Assembly (NCBI GenBank): GCA_965153285.1
Contig: OZ229129.1
Length of the DNA stretch: 64,000 nt
From: Podarcis tiliguerta
Lineage: Eukaryota
Strand: one strand, 5' to 3'
In this document: positions 48,780 through 62,512 of the stretch, piece after piece
How positions within the stretch are numbered: position 1 is the stretch's first letter
How the letters are laid out: each line of letters opens with the position of its first letter
Program-made: the position numbers and the translations under genes
Notes under the pieces: generated by a model
Databases searched by the model: none
Told to the model about the DNA's origin: nothing
What the model saw: only the letters and a program-made list of their open reading frames with translations

Positions 48780-49440
48780 ATTTTGGACATGGGAAGTGTG
48801 CCCCTGCTAGTTCAGTTGGACCTCTCAGCTGCTTTGATACCATCAATCATGGTATCCTTCTGGGCTACCTTGCTGGGAAAGGACTTGGAGGCCTTGTTCT
48901 ACAATGGTTCTGTTCCTACCTGGAGGAACGAACCCAGGAGGTGATGCTGTAGGACTTCTGTTTGACACCTTGGTCATTGGCTTGTGGTATCCCTTAGGGT
49001 TCTAGTCTATCCCTCATGCTGTTTAACATTTATATTAAACCACTGGGAGAGCTTGTCCAGAGTTCTGTGTCATCGGTTCTGTGCTGATGACACCCAGCTC
49101 TATTTTTCCTTTTCACCTAAATCCAAGGAAGTTGTCTCAGTTCTAAATCGGTGTCTGTCATCAGTAATGGATTGGACAAGGGTGAACAAATTGAAACATA
49201 ATCCAGACAAGACAGATGTGGTTTTGGTCAGTCAGAAGACAGAACAGGGAATAGGGATTAACACTTCATCAGAAGACAAAGGTATGCAGTTAGAATGTGC
49301 TTCTGGACTCAGGCCTGAGCTTGGATGTCCAGGTGTCTGTGGCCAGTTGAAGTTCATTCCTTGAGGTATCTGATTTGGCCACAGTGACACACACCTTAAT
49401 TACATCCCATTTGGATTAATATAACGTGCTCCAAATGGAG
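48780..49440 (+). mobile_element. L2 LINE reverse-transcriptase fragment, frameshifted
   Basis: Motifs LDLSAA, ADDTQLYFS and WTRVNKLKHNPDKT are typical of L2 RT. Confidence 0.85.
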
Positions 49441-50687
49441 CATAGTTTAAAAGCAAAAACCTTTGACATGACTAGTTCAGTTTAATACCTGTGTTGTCAT
49501 CATGGCTTTCCCCAAAGAATCCTGGGAATCACAGTTTGGTAACTGTACCGATTTATATCCTTTCTCTCAGTTCATATAGATTCACATTCTTTCCCACAAA
49601 GAACTGCAATTGCCAATATTTCCTGAGGAAACAGTGTGATTAACCAGTTTTGGTCTGAGGTGTAAGCATGTATTGGGCCCTAGCTGGGTAGTGCAACGGT
49701 CTCAATTTAAGCTAAATGTGCCCTTCAAAGTAAGATAAATCAGAAACAGAGAGAAGGGGAGAGAACTCTCTCTCTCTCTTTTATATAGTAGGGAACTTTT
49801 CAATTGCAAAGGGGTTCTTCATTTCATAAGGACAGTAGCAAGAGGAGTCCAATCCCACACAAATCAGATAAAATGAAAGAAAGAACATAAGGGATGGGAG
49901 ATACATATTTACAGAATCGAAGCCTTTTAGTCAGCTGGGGGGGGGGCAACAAACCACACACACACACTTCAAGCCGCTGAGTTCAAAACAATTTAACCTT
50001 TCATCACAAGTCAAAATGACTGAATTGCAACAATTGCTGCCATTATCATGTGTCACAATGTTCTTGGAGCACATTCAGAATAGTGATAATAATAAACAAT
50101 AATATAAAAGAAAAGTTTGGTGAAAGTCAAGAGTTAGACACAGGGCATCGGGGCGGGGGAGTGTGTTTCTTCTAGCTAGTCAAAAATAGCAATGTTGAGG
50201 TGTTAATGAAGTATTCTCTCAGCCCAGTTTCCTGCTTTTGGCTAGTATAAGAAAAAAGCGAGGGAAGTTGGATCACCCAGTTGGCAGATGGCCGAGCAAC
50301 TGAGAAGATGAAGCATCTGGATGCTAAACAGGGAGTCTGAGAATGCTGCTTGAGGGAAGAGAGGGATGTACTTCTCTAGAGAGAAAAACTTCGATTCTAT
50401 AGCTGGAGGAGGTCTGATGAGGAGGCTGGCAAACTGGAGAGTCCATTTTTTATGCTTCTGTGGCATGAACAGAACTAGACTATAACTTTCTAGATAACAA
50501 AAGACCTGACTTTATTATAATTAGGAGGGCACAGTAGTGCACTTGCCGTTGTCATTGTTGCCATTAACTCAATTTATACCCTGCTTTTTCCTCCTGAAGG
50601 AGCTCAGTGTGCTAGACATAGCAATGATAAAACTTTTTTTAAAAAAACCAACAACTAAAAATAGTTAAATCATCTTAAAAACAATTA

Positions 50688-50912
50688 CAGTGGTACCTCT
50701 AGTAATGAACTGAATTCATTTTGGAGGTCCGTTCTTAACCTGAAACTGTTCTTAACTTGAAGCGTGCTTTCGCTAATGGGGCCTCTTGCTGCTGCTGCGC
50801 CGCTGGCACACAATTTCTGTTCTCATCCTGGGGCAAAGTTCTCAACATGAGGTAACGCTTCCAGGTTAGCACAGTTTGTAACCTGAAGCATTTGTAACTT
50901 GAGGTACCACTG
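50688..50912. mobile_element. Tc1/mariner-type MITE (27556 family, opposite orientation)
   Basis: TA|CAGTGGTACCTC...GAGGTACCACTG. Confidence 0.88.
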
Positions 50913-51194
50913 AATCTCAATTAGTGATCTCAAGGGTTGTCAGAAAGAGCCACAGAATGCATAGGCAACATCAGCCTGGATCGCTCAGTTGGTTGGTTTT
51001 TACATTTCTCCGGAAAGTCAGTTATCAGGGAGATAGATGCACCTCACTAGTGAGGACATTTCACTTAACAGGTCCTGTCACAGGTCACCATCAACTAGAC
51101 ACTTCCCAATCGGAGCACCAGGCCTCACCTGCCAATCACAGTGTGAATGGAACTGGGGAAACAACCCTTTTAGGTACTTGGGTCCCAAGCCTTA

Positions 51195-51363
51195 AAGACT
51201 CCCATGAGAGGTGGTGGACTTTCCTTCCTTGGAGGTTTTAAAACAGTGCTTGGATTGCCATCTGTCATGGATGCTTTAGCTGAGATGAGATTCTTGCATT
51301 GCAGGGGGTTGGACTAGATGATCCTTGGGGTCCCTTCCAACTCTAAGATGCTATGATTCTATG
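51195..51363 (+). mobile_element. CR1 LINE 3' end
   Basis: CCTTGGAGGTTTTAAAACAG...GGGTTGGACTAGATGATC...GGTCCCTTCCAACTCT...(ATTCTATG) tail. Confidence 0.85.
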
Positions 51364-53433
51364 AAAATATATTCCATAATGGAATACACAAGGTTCACAC
51401 TTCCACAAAGCATACCAAATATTCATTAATGCTGCCAAATAAACTCATATTTAGTGGGAATGTGCCAACCATGAGATTTTGCTTCTGCTTCGGGGGCCAT
51501 TTGTGATTTGTAATGGTAAGCTTTTAAGCTGTTTTTAATCTTGTATTTTAAATTGTTGCAACTTGCCCTGGGACCTTAGTAGGGGGGAGTGGGGGGTAAT
51601 AATAAGCATAATAGTTCAATGAAATCATTGTATGACTCCTTGGCTAGACTACTTCCTTAGTGATTCAGCAACTTGGCTGAGACCTGCCTCTTGCTCTGCT
51701 GGACAGCTTTGGGATTCACTGGTAAGATGGGAAATCACATCATTCAGGAATTGTGCAACTGAAACAGGAACTTACAACCTAGACAGATCTTGATTTGCCA
51801 ATAGATCCTGGGGCACATGCTTTCTAGGGTGTCATGCCTTTCTTATCCCAACTGAATTGGCACTGGTAGCAGCTACATGTTCAGAGACAGCCATCTCTTA
51901 CTAGTCTGTTATTATTCCTGGTATTATGAACAGGATGCAAAAATATACCCAATTGTGTGCAATTAAGCTGGGCAGTTTGTGAAGTGAGATTTACAGGATT
52001 TTACTTGTGTGGATTCCTCCTCCCCTCTTTCTCTCTGTGCATGAAAAGAAATAAACAACAGTGGGTATTTTCTTTAAAAACAACAACGGCAACAGCCTCA
52101 CCATGCTTGCATTTTCATTTTTTTTCAGTTAAGACTGGAATCTTTAATGCCATCCCCTGTCGAGTACTAAAGGAAGCAAATTATATTGGTTTGCCTGTTG
52201 ACACACCATCCAATTACCTTACTAGAGAAACCTACCTGGGTTTCGGCAGTGAGAGAAAAATGCAAAGACAGACAGATCTGACAACACAGAAGACAAGAAG
52301 TCTGAAAACAAATCCATACTGGCAGCCTCATCTAGGAAGTAAAATGGAACGTTGCGTGCCATCAAAAGGATAGAGCTTTGCAGCATTTTCTCATCTTTTG
52401 CAAGGGGATTTGTAACCCTGCCGCCATCTAAATTGACTTTCTGTTTTAGAAGAAAGCCCTAAACCACTAGATCTACTACTAGGAGAGGGTTTTTTTGTTT
52501 TTTTAAAGCACCATCTCCACCAAAGCATTGCTGCTTATGTTAATATGACAGCGACTCAATTTATTCAAGTGCTGATCAATGCTAAACAATCAGAGGAGTT
52601 CATGTATTATGTATTTCAAAAAAACGATGCTAGTGCTTTTTAGTGGAATGTCACAAGGTTAACCAACTGGTAGACATTAGGTCCCTAGAGCCCAATTTCA
52701 GCTACAGCACTTGCTATCTGCTTCGAGGAGAAACAATAGCAAACTAAAGCATTGTTTGGTGCGCATAATGAACCACTCTCATAAACCTCAACCTTCAGAA
52801 GACATTATACTTTACAATTGGATACAGCAGACAATTACTGGATCTCCATTTGGCTGGAAACAGCCAACCTTGTGCTCTATTCCTTAACCATATCTCAGTA
52901 ATTATTGATAGCACAATTGTCTCCAATTGCCCTGTTAATACAAGTGCATTAGCAATTAAAACCACTTGTTATGGTTTTATTTCCTGTCAGGTGAAGTACG
53001 ACTCCCTTAAATCTACCTCCATTTATTAGAAACATAGCCTATGTTAGAGAGACAGAGAGAGAGAGAAATGGAGAGAGATATATTGAAAGTGGGCAGTTCT
53101 TTTCTGTAATTATATTCTTTCTACTACCATTCTAGGCGGCTGCATTCAAAATAGTGAATCACATTTTAAATGTGATGTGGGAAACAGCAGAAGAAAAGGC
53201 TATACAACCTTCCAGCCCAGCATTGGACAGATTGTTTCAAAGGATCAATGGTGATGGAGGTCCTGGCCGTGGAGGTAAACAGCCAATGGGATGCCCTCCA
53301 GATTTTTTTTTGGACTACAATTCCCATCATCCCTAGCTAGTGGCCAAGCTGGATGGGACTGTTGGGATATTCAATGAGGGACAGAAATAAATTATATTCA
53401 GTTGACATTTAAGGCACACCTACCTAATTCTCA

Positions 53434-53784
53434 GGGACGCGGGTGGTGCTTGTGGGTTAAGCCACAGAGCCTAGGACTTGCCAATCAGAAAGTCGGCGGT
53501 TTGAATCCCCGCGACGGGGTGAGCTCCCGTTGCTCGGTCCCTGCTCCTGCCAACCTAGCAGTTTGAAAGCACATCAAAGTGCAAGTAGATAAATAGGTAC
53601 CGCTCTGGTGGGAAGGTAAACAGCGTTTTCGTGTGCTGCTCTGGTTGGCCAGAAGCGGCTTAGTCCTGCTGGCCACTTGACCCAGAAGCTGTACGCCGGC
53701 TCACTCAGGCAATAAAGCAAGATGCACGCCGCAACCCCAGAGTCGGCCACGACTAGACCTAATGGTCAGGGGTCCCTTTACCTT
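53434..53784 (+). mobile_element. Sauria SINE, full length
   Basis: GGGACGCGGGTGG head; 13-bp TSD TACCTAATTCTCA at 53421-53433 and 53785-53797. Confidence 0.95.
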
Positions 53785-54044
53785 TACCTAATTCTCAATT
53801 TCAAAAGCAATGTAAGAACCAAAATACAGCCATCCTTAGACTCATACTTGTCTGGATTTTACAGTGCAATTTTCTAACCAATGTTTACAAAATGCATATG
53901 TTATGGGAAGACATGAATATATTAGTGAAAATAATACACAAAAATACACAATTCAGGGACTAGTGTTTGAAAAAAATGTGTATATTAGTAAAAACTATTC
54001 ATGAAATTGTGTTTATTAGGGTAAATTCACACTAAAATTTTGAT

Positions 54045-54385
54045 GGGGAAAGACTATTCCCAGCATATATCTTTGGTGCTCCAAAGCTTGCACTGGCTAC
54101 CAATATGCTACAGAGCCACATTCAACATTCTCATATTAATTTGCAATGAGTTTCACAACTTGGCTCCAGGATACATCAAGAACTGCCTGGTCACTGAGAT
54201 ATTTTGGGGAATCACTGTTAGTAGCCCCCCATGGCTTGGTGATGTGGTTTTTATCCACCAGGAGCCATGAATTCAGTACTGTGGGCCCAATATTAAATAA
54301 TTTCCATCCAGCTGAGGTGAGACAGGCCCACTCCTTGTCAAATTTTCTGCGCCTACTGCTTATTGTCTTATTCCAGCAGTTCCAA
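54045..54385 (+). mobile_element. L2 LINE 3' ORF remnant
   Basis: HISLVLQSLHWLPICYRATFNILIL matches the L2 HITPxLxxLHWLP motif. Confidence 0.8.
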
Positions 54386-56047
54386 AGCTTTATTCATGTA
54401 GTAACTATTTACATGATGAGTGGACATGATGGAGAGCAAGTAGCAGACATCTTGCCTGGAGAGAACAACAAACAAAATGGCTCAGCTTTTAGGGGTGGGG
54501 TTAACTTAGACAAAGCAAAAACAACAAGTAATTGCTGGGTAGACTGCTAGACAAACAGTGCCCTCCCATGGTTTAAAGTAGCAGGTGCATTAACTAGAAG
54601 TTTGTGAGAAGGCATGTGCTGTATTTGCTTTTCTCTAACAAGGTCTAACAGGAAAATCAACTTTGCAATAGAACAGACTTCTCCATCCTGGGGTCTTCCA
54701 GGTGTTTTGAAGTACAAATCCCATAATCACTCACCAGCATAGCCAACAGTCAAGGATGATGAGAGTTGCAGTATAAACAGTTTGGAGGCCATGAGGTTAA
54801 GGAAACTTTAGGGGAAATACAGTGACTAATCACTTAGGATAAAGTTTTAGAAAAGCAGTGGGTTGGTGAAGCTTCTTTGAGTACCGGAAGGGAATTAATG
54901 GGAGTAGGTAGCTCATGGAGTAGAGCTCCTTTAAAGTTCTCAGACGTTGTTGACCCAAGTCCAGTGTAGAGGTTCATGATGCATCAAGAGAAAACAAAAT
55001 GTAGTGCTACCAAAGCAGAAATGGAATCTTCTAATGCAAAATCCTGATGCAACCTCAAGTCTAGTTTGTCTGACTGTCTTTACCATGCAAAGATAGCTTT
55101 TCATATGAGATTATTCACTTTTATTATAGCTCATAAATATAGGTGCTTTAAACCCATTTTTTAATTTCTTAGGTCCATGTCAAGGGAAATGTCTTAGGAT
55201 AAATTTTACTCCTCTGTGAAATTAGGACTCTGTGAGTTTAGAAAGATTATATAGCTAGCCTGCCCTGCTTGCAACTCATGAAGATAGAATACCATGGAAC
55301 ACTGATAAAGATGTTCAATGACACTAATGCCAGACTTCATACATCACTATGCCTTGCAAAGGATACTTAACATCTCCTCAGATTAGCAAGCAGATCAGCA
55401 CTAAATTAAAATTTATGATAAGAATTTTAAATAATTTATAGAGATTATGTTACGATGCTACCTCAGAGCTCCATTTCAGTGCATGCTTACAGCAAGTGTC
55501 TATTATGGGAAGATGAAATTTAGTGTGTCTGCACACACAAGTCATTTTCAGGCCTTGTAATTTTTCATATGATTAGGGGGAATGGGCATGAGTGTTCTAG
55601 TTCCACCTCCCAGTACCTGTTACGCTCACTGGTTTGGTGAAAGAACTTCTGAAGAAGGGGGCCTTTTCTCTAGGCACCTTGCATGATTTAGAATGCTGGT
55701 CTTCTAGAGTTCTCCTCACTCCAGGTGTTCACCTGCAACTCCTAGAGGACAACAAAGCTAGCAATCAGAGTGCATAGCTAGTGTGATCATTTAATGACAT
55801 CTGGACAATCCTGAGTTTCCCATCCTTGGTTTATGCAACCAATCAGGTAGATGGAGGGTTAGGCTTCTAATCCACACAGCTGCTTTGCTTCAGAATAAGG
55901 AAACTGTGGAGGAAAACCTGACTCAAAGAGCTGGATGAACACTGAAGAAGAGGACTAAATAAAATGTGGATTTGCATTAAAAATGTATACAGTGCTTTAC
56001 ATGTATTGGTGCACAGTCATAACTGTACTTTTCATTGCACCTTACTA

Positions 56048-56398
56048 CAGTGGTGCCTCGCAAGACGAAATTAATCCGTTCCGCGAGTCTCTTCGTCTAG
56101 CGGTTTTTTCATCTTGCGAAGCAACCCTATTAGCGGATTAGCACTATTAGTGCTATTAGCGGTTTAGCGGCTATTAGCGGCTATTAGCGGCTTAAGGGAT
56201 TAGCGGATTAGCTGCTAAAAGGCTATTAGAAAAAGGGGGTGGGGAGCGAAAAAACCCCTCAAGAATCGCAAGACATTTTCGTCTTGCGAAGCAAGCCCAT
56301 AGAGAAATTTGTCCTGCGAAGCACCTCTGAAAACGGAAAACCCTTTCGTCTAGCAGGTTTTCCATCTTGCGAGGCATTCGTCTTGCGGGGCACCACTG
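56048..56398. mobile_element. Tc1/mariner-type MITE with an internal minisatellite
   Basis: TA|CAGTGGTGCCTCGCAAGACGAA...TTCGTCTTGCGGGGCACCACTG|TA; internal CTATTAGCGG repeats. Confidence 0.9.
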
Positions 56399-59300
56399 TA
56401 TAGGAGTGGGGAATATGACCTGGTGGTCTTTGCAACTGCTCAGTCTGCTAACCACTGATGGGCAACTTGAAGGCCTTGGCTTGTCTTCTGGTGTGCAGTT
56501 CTTTATCTCAAAATCGGACCTGGACAGACAGCCCTTCAAATAGAGGGCACCTTCAAATGGAGGGTTATCCTCTGGATCACTCTAAGCAGACCTAAATTCC
56601 ATAAGAATACATTAAAGCTGTAGTACAATAATCACCCTCCTGAGAATAAACCCAACTGAATACAATGTGACTGAATTCAGAGTAGAGTTTAAGGGGCCTT
56701 CCAAAAATTGCCACAAACTATGCAGAATGGTGTTCAACCTTGAGCTGGCCAATATTTTCAGGGTTTTCTTTTTACAATTAGAGGAAAAGAAATCACTTGC
56801 CCAAAAAAAGGAGGGTGAGGAGGAGATATAATGCAAGTTATCATGATGAGAAAGAGTTTGGTTTACCTTATCTAAATAAGGTGAAGAGAATATTTATCTT
56901 CATTGTTGGAAATAGCCTTGCATGACATGGGTGAAAGCATGCCCAAACGTCATAAACCCTGACATGTTTGCTGCCAGAGGAGCGTCAGGATGTCCATGAT
57001 AACATTCCCAGACCACTGCAACCCCCTGCCACACAAAGTGTGGTAGTTTCTGGTATGCTTCATGCTCACTGGTTGCTAACCATGCAAAGCTTATTTACTT
57101 TATTTTAACAAGCCAGGTTCATAACAGAAAGTTTTGAATTAGCCATTGTTTGTTTTAAATGCAGATTTGTGTCTCAGATGCAGGAATCATACCCACCAAG
57201 AGGCATGAGTTTGTGGGTACAATTTTATGCAACTCTCTTCCAGTCAAGAACAGACAGGCACCTTTCCCTAATGAACCTCTGGTGCCTGCTGGACTCTTTT
57301 ATACCTGGAGCTATTATAATGGAATTCTGATTCTATTATTTTACTGCTTGGTGACAACTGTAATTAAGCAGTATATAAATTGTCAAAATAAATAAATAAT
57401 AAATAAAGATGTAACAATAAGCCAAGATTCATTAAAAAGCAAAAACTAAAGTTGGCAGAAATTTTCTACCTGTTTGTTCAGGAGAAGGGGATGTAAGAAA
57501 CATTTCTTTGGGAGTTTTTTTTTTTGGAAGATCATTCATGTAGCAGTAAATGTATGAACTGGGTCTGTGAAAAATAATAACCTAGGTGCAGCCTTCGAAA
57601 TGGTGTTAGGGTTATACAGTAACTCCCATTAGCATGGACAATGTTCAGGAATTATGGGAGCTATAATTCAAAAACATCGAGAGGACACCATTTTGACTAC
57701 TGCTGAATCAGATGAGGAATCAAAACAACTCGACTTCAGCAGCAAAACTGGTACTAATGGCAAATAAAGTATGCTTAAATAAATAAATAAATACTAAATG
57801 AGATTAGAAATGTGCCTGTGACGAATTGTGGAACAGATATTGTGGAACAGAGATGATAATATAAACTAAGAGGTCAATGGGTTATTCACCCCTGGGTAGA
57901 AAAAATAGGTCAAGGCAGACAGAGTTATGCTTAATTCTCCAGAGGTGCAATTATTTTAGGATATTTAAACCCTAGATTTATGATAATGAAACCTCTTTCT
58001 CAATGCTACATGTAAATAAATTATTCAAATTGATTGCTTTGATCTCCGAAAACTGTTGGTTAACATTTATAATATTTCAGCTTGGCAAAATTCGGAAAGA
58101 TTAAATTACCCCAAAAATAAACCATGCAGAGATTAGGCTGTGGTTTTCAAAATGAAGAATATTTACAGTATCTCTATTTTTTTTAACTGACTAATTGGTC
58201 TAGAATTCTCAAACTGGAGAGATATACAACTCATTCTACGAAATCTCTTGCATTTTTGCTAATTCTCCACAACCTGGTTCATACATGCAAATCCACTGCA
58301 TGATGACTCCAATACGAAATTAAGACTTAAATGTGCAAGTGAACCATCTCAAACAGAACTCAAAAATAGTAACAGTTCTGGGTGTTGTACACACACTCAG
58401 CAGCTTGTGATATATATAGTTGTTTCACCCATGCATATGCATCATTTGATGGCTAATGCTCGATTTGAATCCTTGGTGAGGGTTGGGGGGCAACAATGGG
58501 TTTGTAGTGATATCATTCTCAGTGCTTAAAAGGTACACACGTGATGGGTCATTCACTCATATTTGATGTTGCATTCTGACACAAAAAGAACATGTTTGTG
58601 TGAAATAGCTGTGAAGCCATATGACTATTCTTATTAATAAACAAATGCATGTGTTGGAAAAGTTTAACCTGCTTCATATTCCATGTGTTCAAGGACCTGT
58701 CTGTATAGAAGCTAGGGCATCTATATCCAAAGGCCTGTAGGGACCCTTCATGTGATGATCTGTACCCTACAAACCCAGAGATGTGTTTTGTGCTGTGAAA
58801 GCTGGACATATGGAATACGTCTTTTTCATATGCTCCATTGCACACTTTTAACGTATCTTTTTGATTGTCTTCCCCCTCCCAGTTTTTATAATGCTTGCCC
58901 AAAGACAACAATAAAATGAGAAAGATGGGAAGATGGTGGCACATAAAGTAGTGGAATAAAGAATATAATTATAGATAACCATCATATGGTGTAAGCATAC
59001 ATGTCCATGTAGCTCAGTGAAGGGGAACTGGTGGTTCTCCTGATCTTGTTGGACTCTAGCTACCATCAGTTCCAATGTTTGGAGAATGTGGGAGATGTGG
59101 TTTTGTGCTGTAATATATGGAAATTCACTGTTTCCTCATTCTTTCTATAGGCAATCCAAATGGCCCAAAAGATTTGCTGAAGTGTTGCCAGCAGCATGCT
59201 ATGTGTGTTGAGGACAGTAATATCTTCAGTCTATTGATGAGGAAAAGATTGTATTTCCTGTGTTGAAAGTACAACTATTTTTCATGTTCACATTCATTAG

Positions 59301-59459
59301 TACACTTATCTGCAGTGTCTCATGTGTAAGCAACCAAAGAGTTGGAATCTAGAGTAAGTGAGAAATCTCCTTTCCCTGTACATCTTACCCTAGTCATTTT
59401 GATCTATGGATAGAGATCTAATGACCATGTCACATGCCACTGTTGTAAATCATGCTGTG

Positions 59460-59815
59460 ATTCAAGCACATGCTTTTGGTGTTGTGGCACCAGCTCTATG
59501 GAATCCTTTTCCCTTAGAAGTGAAGCAAACCCCAACATTGCTATGTTTTCACTGTTTGTTGAAAACTATTATTTTCTCCTATGCCATCGCAAATCTGCCT
59601 ACTTTACTCCTGCAGTTTTTAATTCAGGTTGCTTCTTGCGCCTTAAAGGTGTTTATTATCCGTGTTACATTTTACAGTCTTTTTTTGCTAGTGTAATGTT
59701 TAGCTGTATTGTATTTTGCAATTGTTTATATTTTACCATTGGACAGAGTTCATTTTTATTGGAGGTTGTGAGCTGCCTTATAGACAAGTTCCTCAAAAGG
59801 CGGAGCATATATATA
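59460..59815 (+). mobile_element. L2 LINE 3' remnant
   Basis: AFGVVAPALWNPFPLEVK resembles the L2 AFSxxAPxLWNxLP motif; TTGTGAGCTGCC end. Confidence 0.7.
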
Positions 59816-60264
59816 TATTTAGAAATAAGGAAAATACATAATAGACTCTGAGATGGTCCTCTTGCACACCTCTGAGAAAAAGCATATATAAAAGCAAGGT
59901 TATGCTTCAACTCCAAGAGAGAAAGGTTGGTGATAGTATTAAGAGACGACATGGACTTGTATAGCTCTGGCTTTGGAAGGTCTCACACTTTTCTTAGCAT
60001 TTTTACAGGAAATTGAACTCAAAGTAAAAGCGGGGATCAGGTGTTTTAAGATGCCAGATGCTTGACAGTTCCCTGCTCACCTTGCTGGCCTTTTGAAAAC
60101 TCTGGATCATATCAGACACACTTAAAAGCAGCACCTGCAAAAAGGTGAACTTTAGAAAAGGGAAATGGGATTTAGTTGTCTCCTTAACGTCATTGGCAGA
60201 CAGGGCCACATTTTATCTGGGTTTAACAACCCAAACATCGTGACAAGGTAATCTGTCACTATAA

Positions 60265-60312
60265 AAGAAAGAAAGGAAGGAAGGAAGGAAGGAAGGAAGG
60301 AAGGGAAGGAAA
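60265..60312. repeat. (GAAA)/(GGAA)n microsatellite
   Basis: Seen directly. Confidence 0.9.
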
Positions 60313-62512
60313 GCAGCGAGGACCCCATTCTCATATTGCTTTGGACATTGCTTGTTTTTATTTTGATCTTCATTCACAGAGTCATCTATTTGGGAAATGG
60401 ACCTGGCATGCTAGAAGGGGGCATTTCAGATATTTCAGTGTCAAGAAAATCACAAATATGCAAATGTATTTTAAGGACATTTGCGGTAGTTTGTATGTCT
60501 ATGTTAAGGGCCATGCTATGTTTTCTAGAAAAAGAGGTACTGGAACTCAAAGTGAACACCTCCCTTGTTCTCTTATAATGGCAATGGTGCCTACCTGAGA
60601 GGTTCCAGAATGGAGTTGAGGTGAGTTCTGGTGTGTATGGGGAGCCCTGGTTAAGCGGGGTGGGGGGAGCCCTGGTTAAGTTGTTAATGTGTAAAACAAG
60701 CAGCTATTGTACCACATTCACTGGGCATCATGGAGACGGTGCATATAAAGCTTCCAGGAAGAGGGAATTCTGCACATTTCCTGGTCAATAGATGGGAAAT
60801 GTGCATATATTGACTAATTTTGTACACTCTCCAGTAATTACACATAGTCAAGAGGTTTTGGAAAAATATACATATAGCGACTGAATTTTGTGCATTCTCT
60901 GGCCATTATGCAAAATCCCCAACAGACTGTGGATAATGTGCATATCTCAATTGTTATTTTGTATATTCTCTGGGCAACATACACATTCTCTGACCATATG
61001 CATAGCCTCCAAGCAACATGTATTCTTCAAAACTTCTGTTTCAGAAGTGTACATTTTCCATTCACTGAGTTGCTACAACATAACCTCCCAATCAAAGCTA
61101 GCCCACAGATGAGGGAGGGTGAAGCAGCCATCCCAGGCAGTGGAAACAAAAAAGGTGGTGCCCTGCTTGCCCCACTGTTTCTGTCACTGCCAGAGAAGTC
61201 TGCTTTCCTGCTGGTCAGCACCAAAACTCTCCAGAACACCCCCTATCACCAAAACCTTTCAAGTGGGAGGCATTCCATTGCTCCACTTAGGTGCTGGACA
61301 GTGTCAAACCTTGGTGAGAGTGGAGTGTTCTGGATGCTCTTACAGACTTGCTCCCTGGCAGTGAAGGTTTGCAAAGGCTATGCATTGCAAAGATTCATGC
61401 TGTCCGCATCACAGGGGCAGCCGTGGGACATTTTGCTTCAGATACAAAAATATATTGCGCCACGCCTGCTCCCAATGATTTCTGCCAAGGAGACAGGATG
61501 AATCCAGTCTTTTAAAGCTTGCCTAGTAACACCCGAGCCTTGTAGCTACAAAATAATGTGTCAGTTTCCCCCCTCCTTTACAGGTAAATTTCCTCCATCT
61601 CCACAAATTGGCACAATTTTGTGTAGGTGTAGCATTCTTTTAAGGCTTTTCAAGCATGATATTCCCTACTGCATTATCTTCCTGATAGACGAAGGTACCC
61701 ACTACCGCCGCTTTAATGACCGCCTCTGTGTAAAAGACGGTATGGTATGTTAATTATGAATCCCCCCTGGGAGACAGATCTCTGCTGTCTGAATCTAATC
61801 CAACCACATCCACTCTTGCAGCAAATTTCAGAGTAAGAGATGTTTACCTCTGCTTGGAATCAACACAAGCAAGATTTCATAATGCAGACTGACATGGGGA
61901 GAGATGCATTCTCAGTCAAGTGTGTGGCAGAGCTCCATTTCCTCCCTACCAGCACATGTCTTTATATAACAGTAATGCTAGGCAAAACACTCAGAGACAC
62001 TGCTCCTTTTCTAGTCCTCACAGATATAATTCACGGGTTACCAACAGGGCAATGAAGGGCACCCACTCTGGTGCCTGCATGTTCCCTTCCCCCATTCAAA
62101 TGAGCTCCGAAAAAAGTTGAGCAGGTATGCCTGGGAGAGGCCTAGCTGAAATGGGAATGTGAGAGAAAAGATGAAAACCAGGCAGCAAATGGGGTTTAAA
62201 TGAAATCAAGTTCACAGGTGGGGAATAAAACAGTTCTTTTATCTGGAGGGCCAAGCGATATTCACGTGACTTTTGATTTACACTTGCAGAGTTGTTCCTT
62301 CAGGCTTGGTGTTAAATAAATGAATAAGGAAACAAAACATAGCTGGTGGTGCTGGGAAGGTATAAATGGGAGAGCCCATGAGGCCATTGAGTAGTGCTTC
62401 CACTCCCCCACCCCACACTTAAGGCAATGGAGAAAGCTTTTTTAAGGCTAATTGGGTTAGCCACACCACCTTACACAAAAGGATCTAGAGTTACAGAGAG
62501 ACATGCGGGGGC

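Noticed and set aside
50415-50450. CTGATGA as a further hammerhead core (also near 24448)
   Set aside because: No stem II closed before a GAAA box.
59151-59266. Strong acceptor followed by GPKDLLKCCQQHAMC, reminiscent of the phospholipase A2 CCxxHDxC motif
   Set aside because: The catalytic HD is HA, the spacing is off, the frame closes soon after, and no other PLA2 exon is visible. Probably chance.
60638-60680. Short tandem duplication GGGGAGCCCTGGTTAAG (similar 14-bp duplication near 57826-57852)
   Set aside because: Two-copy local slippage only; not an array and not CRISPR-like.
60890-61501. Longest ORF in the track (203 aa)
   Set aside because: Non-ATG start, crosses degraded MITE sequence, no recognisable domain.
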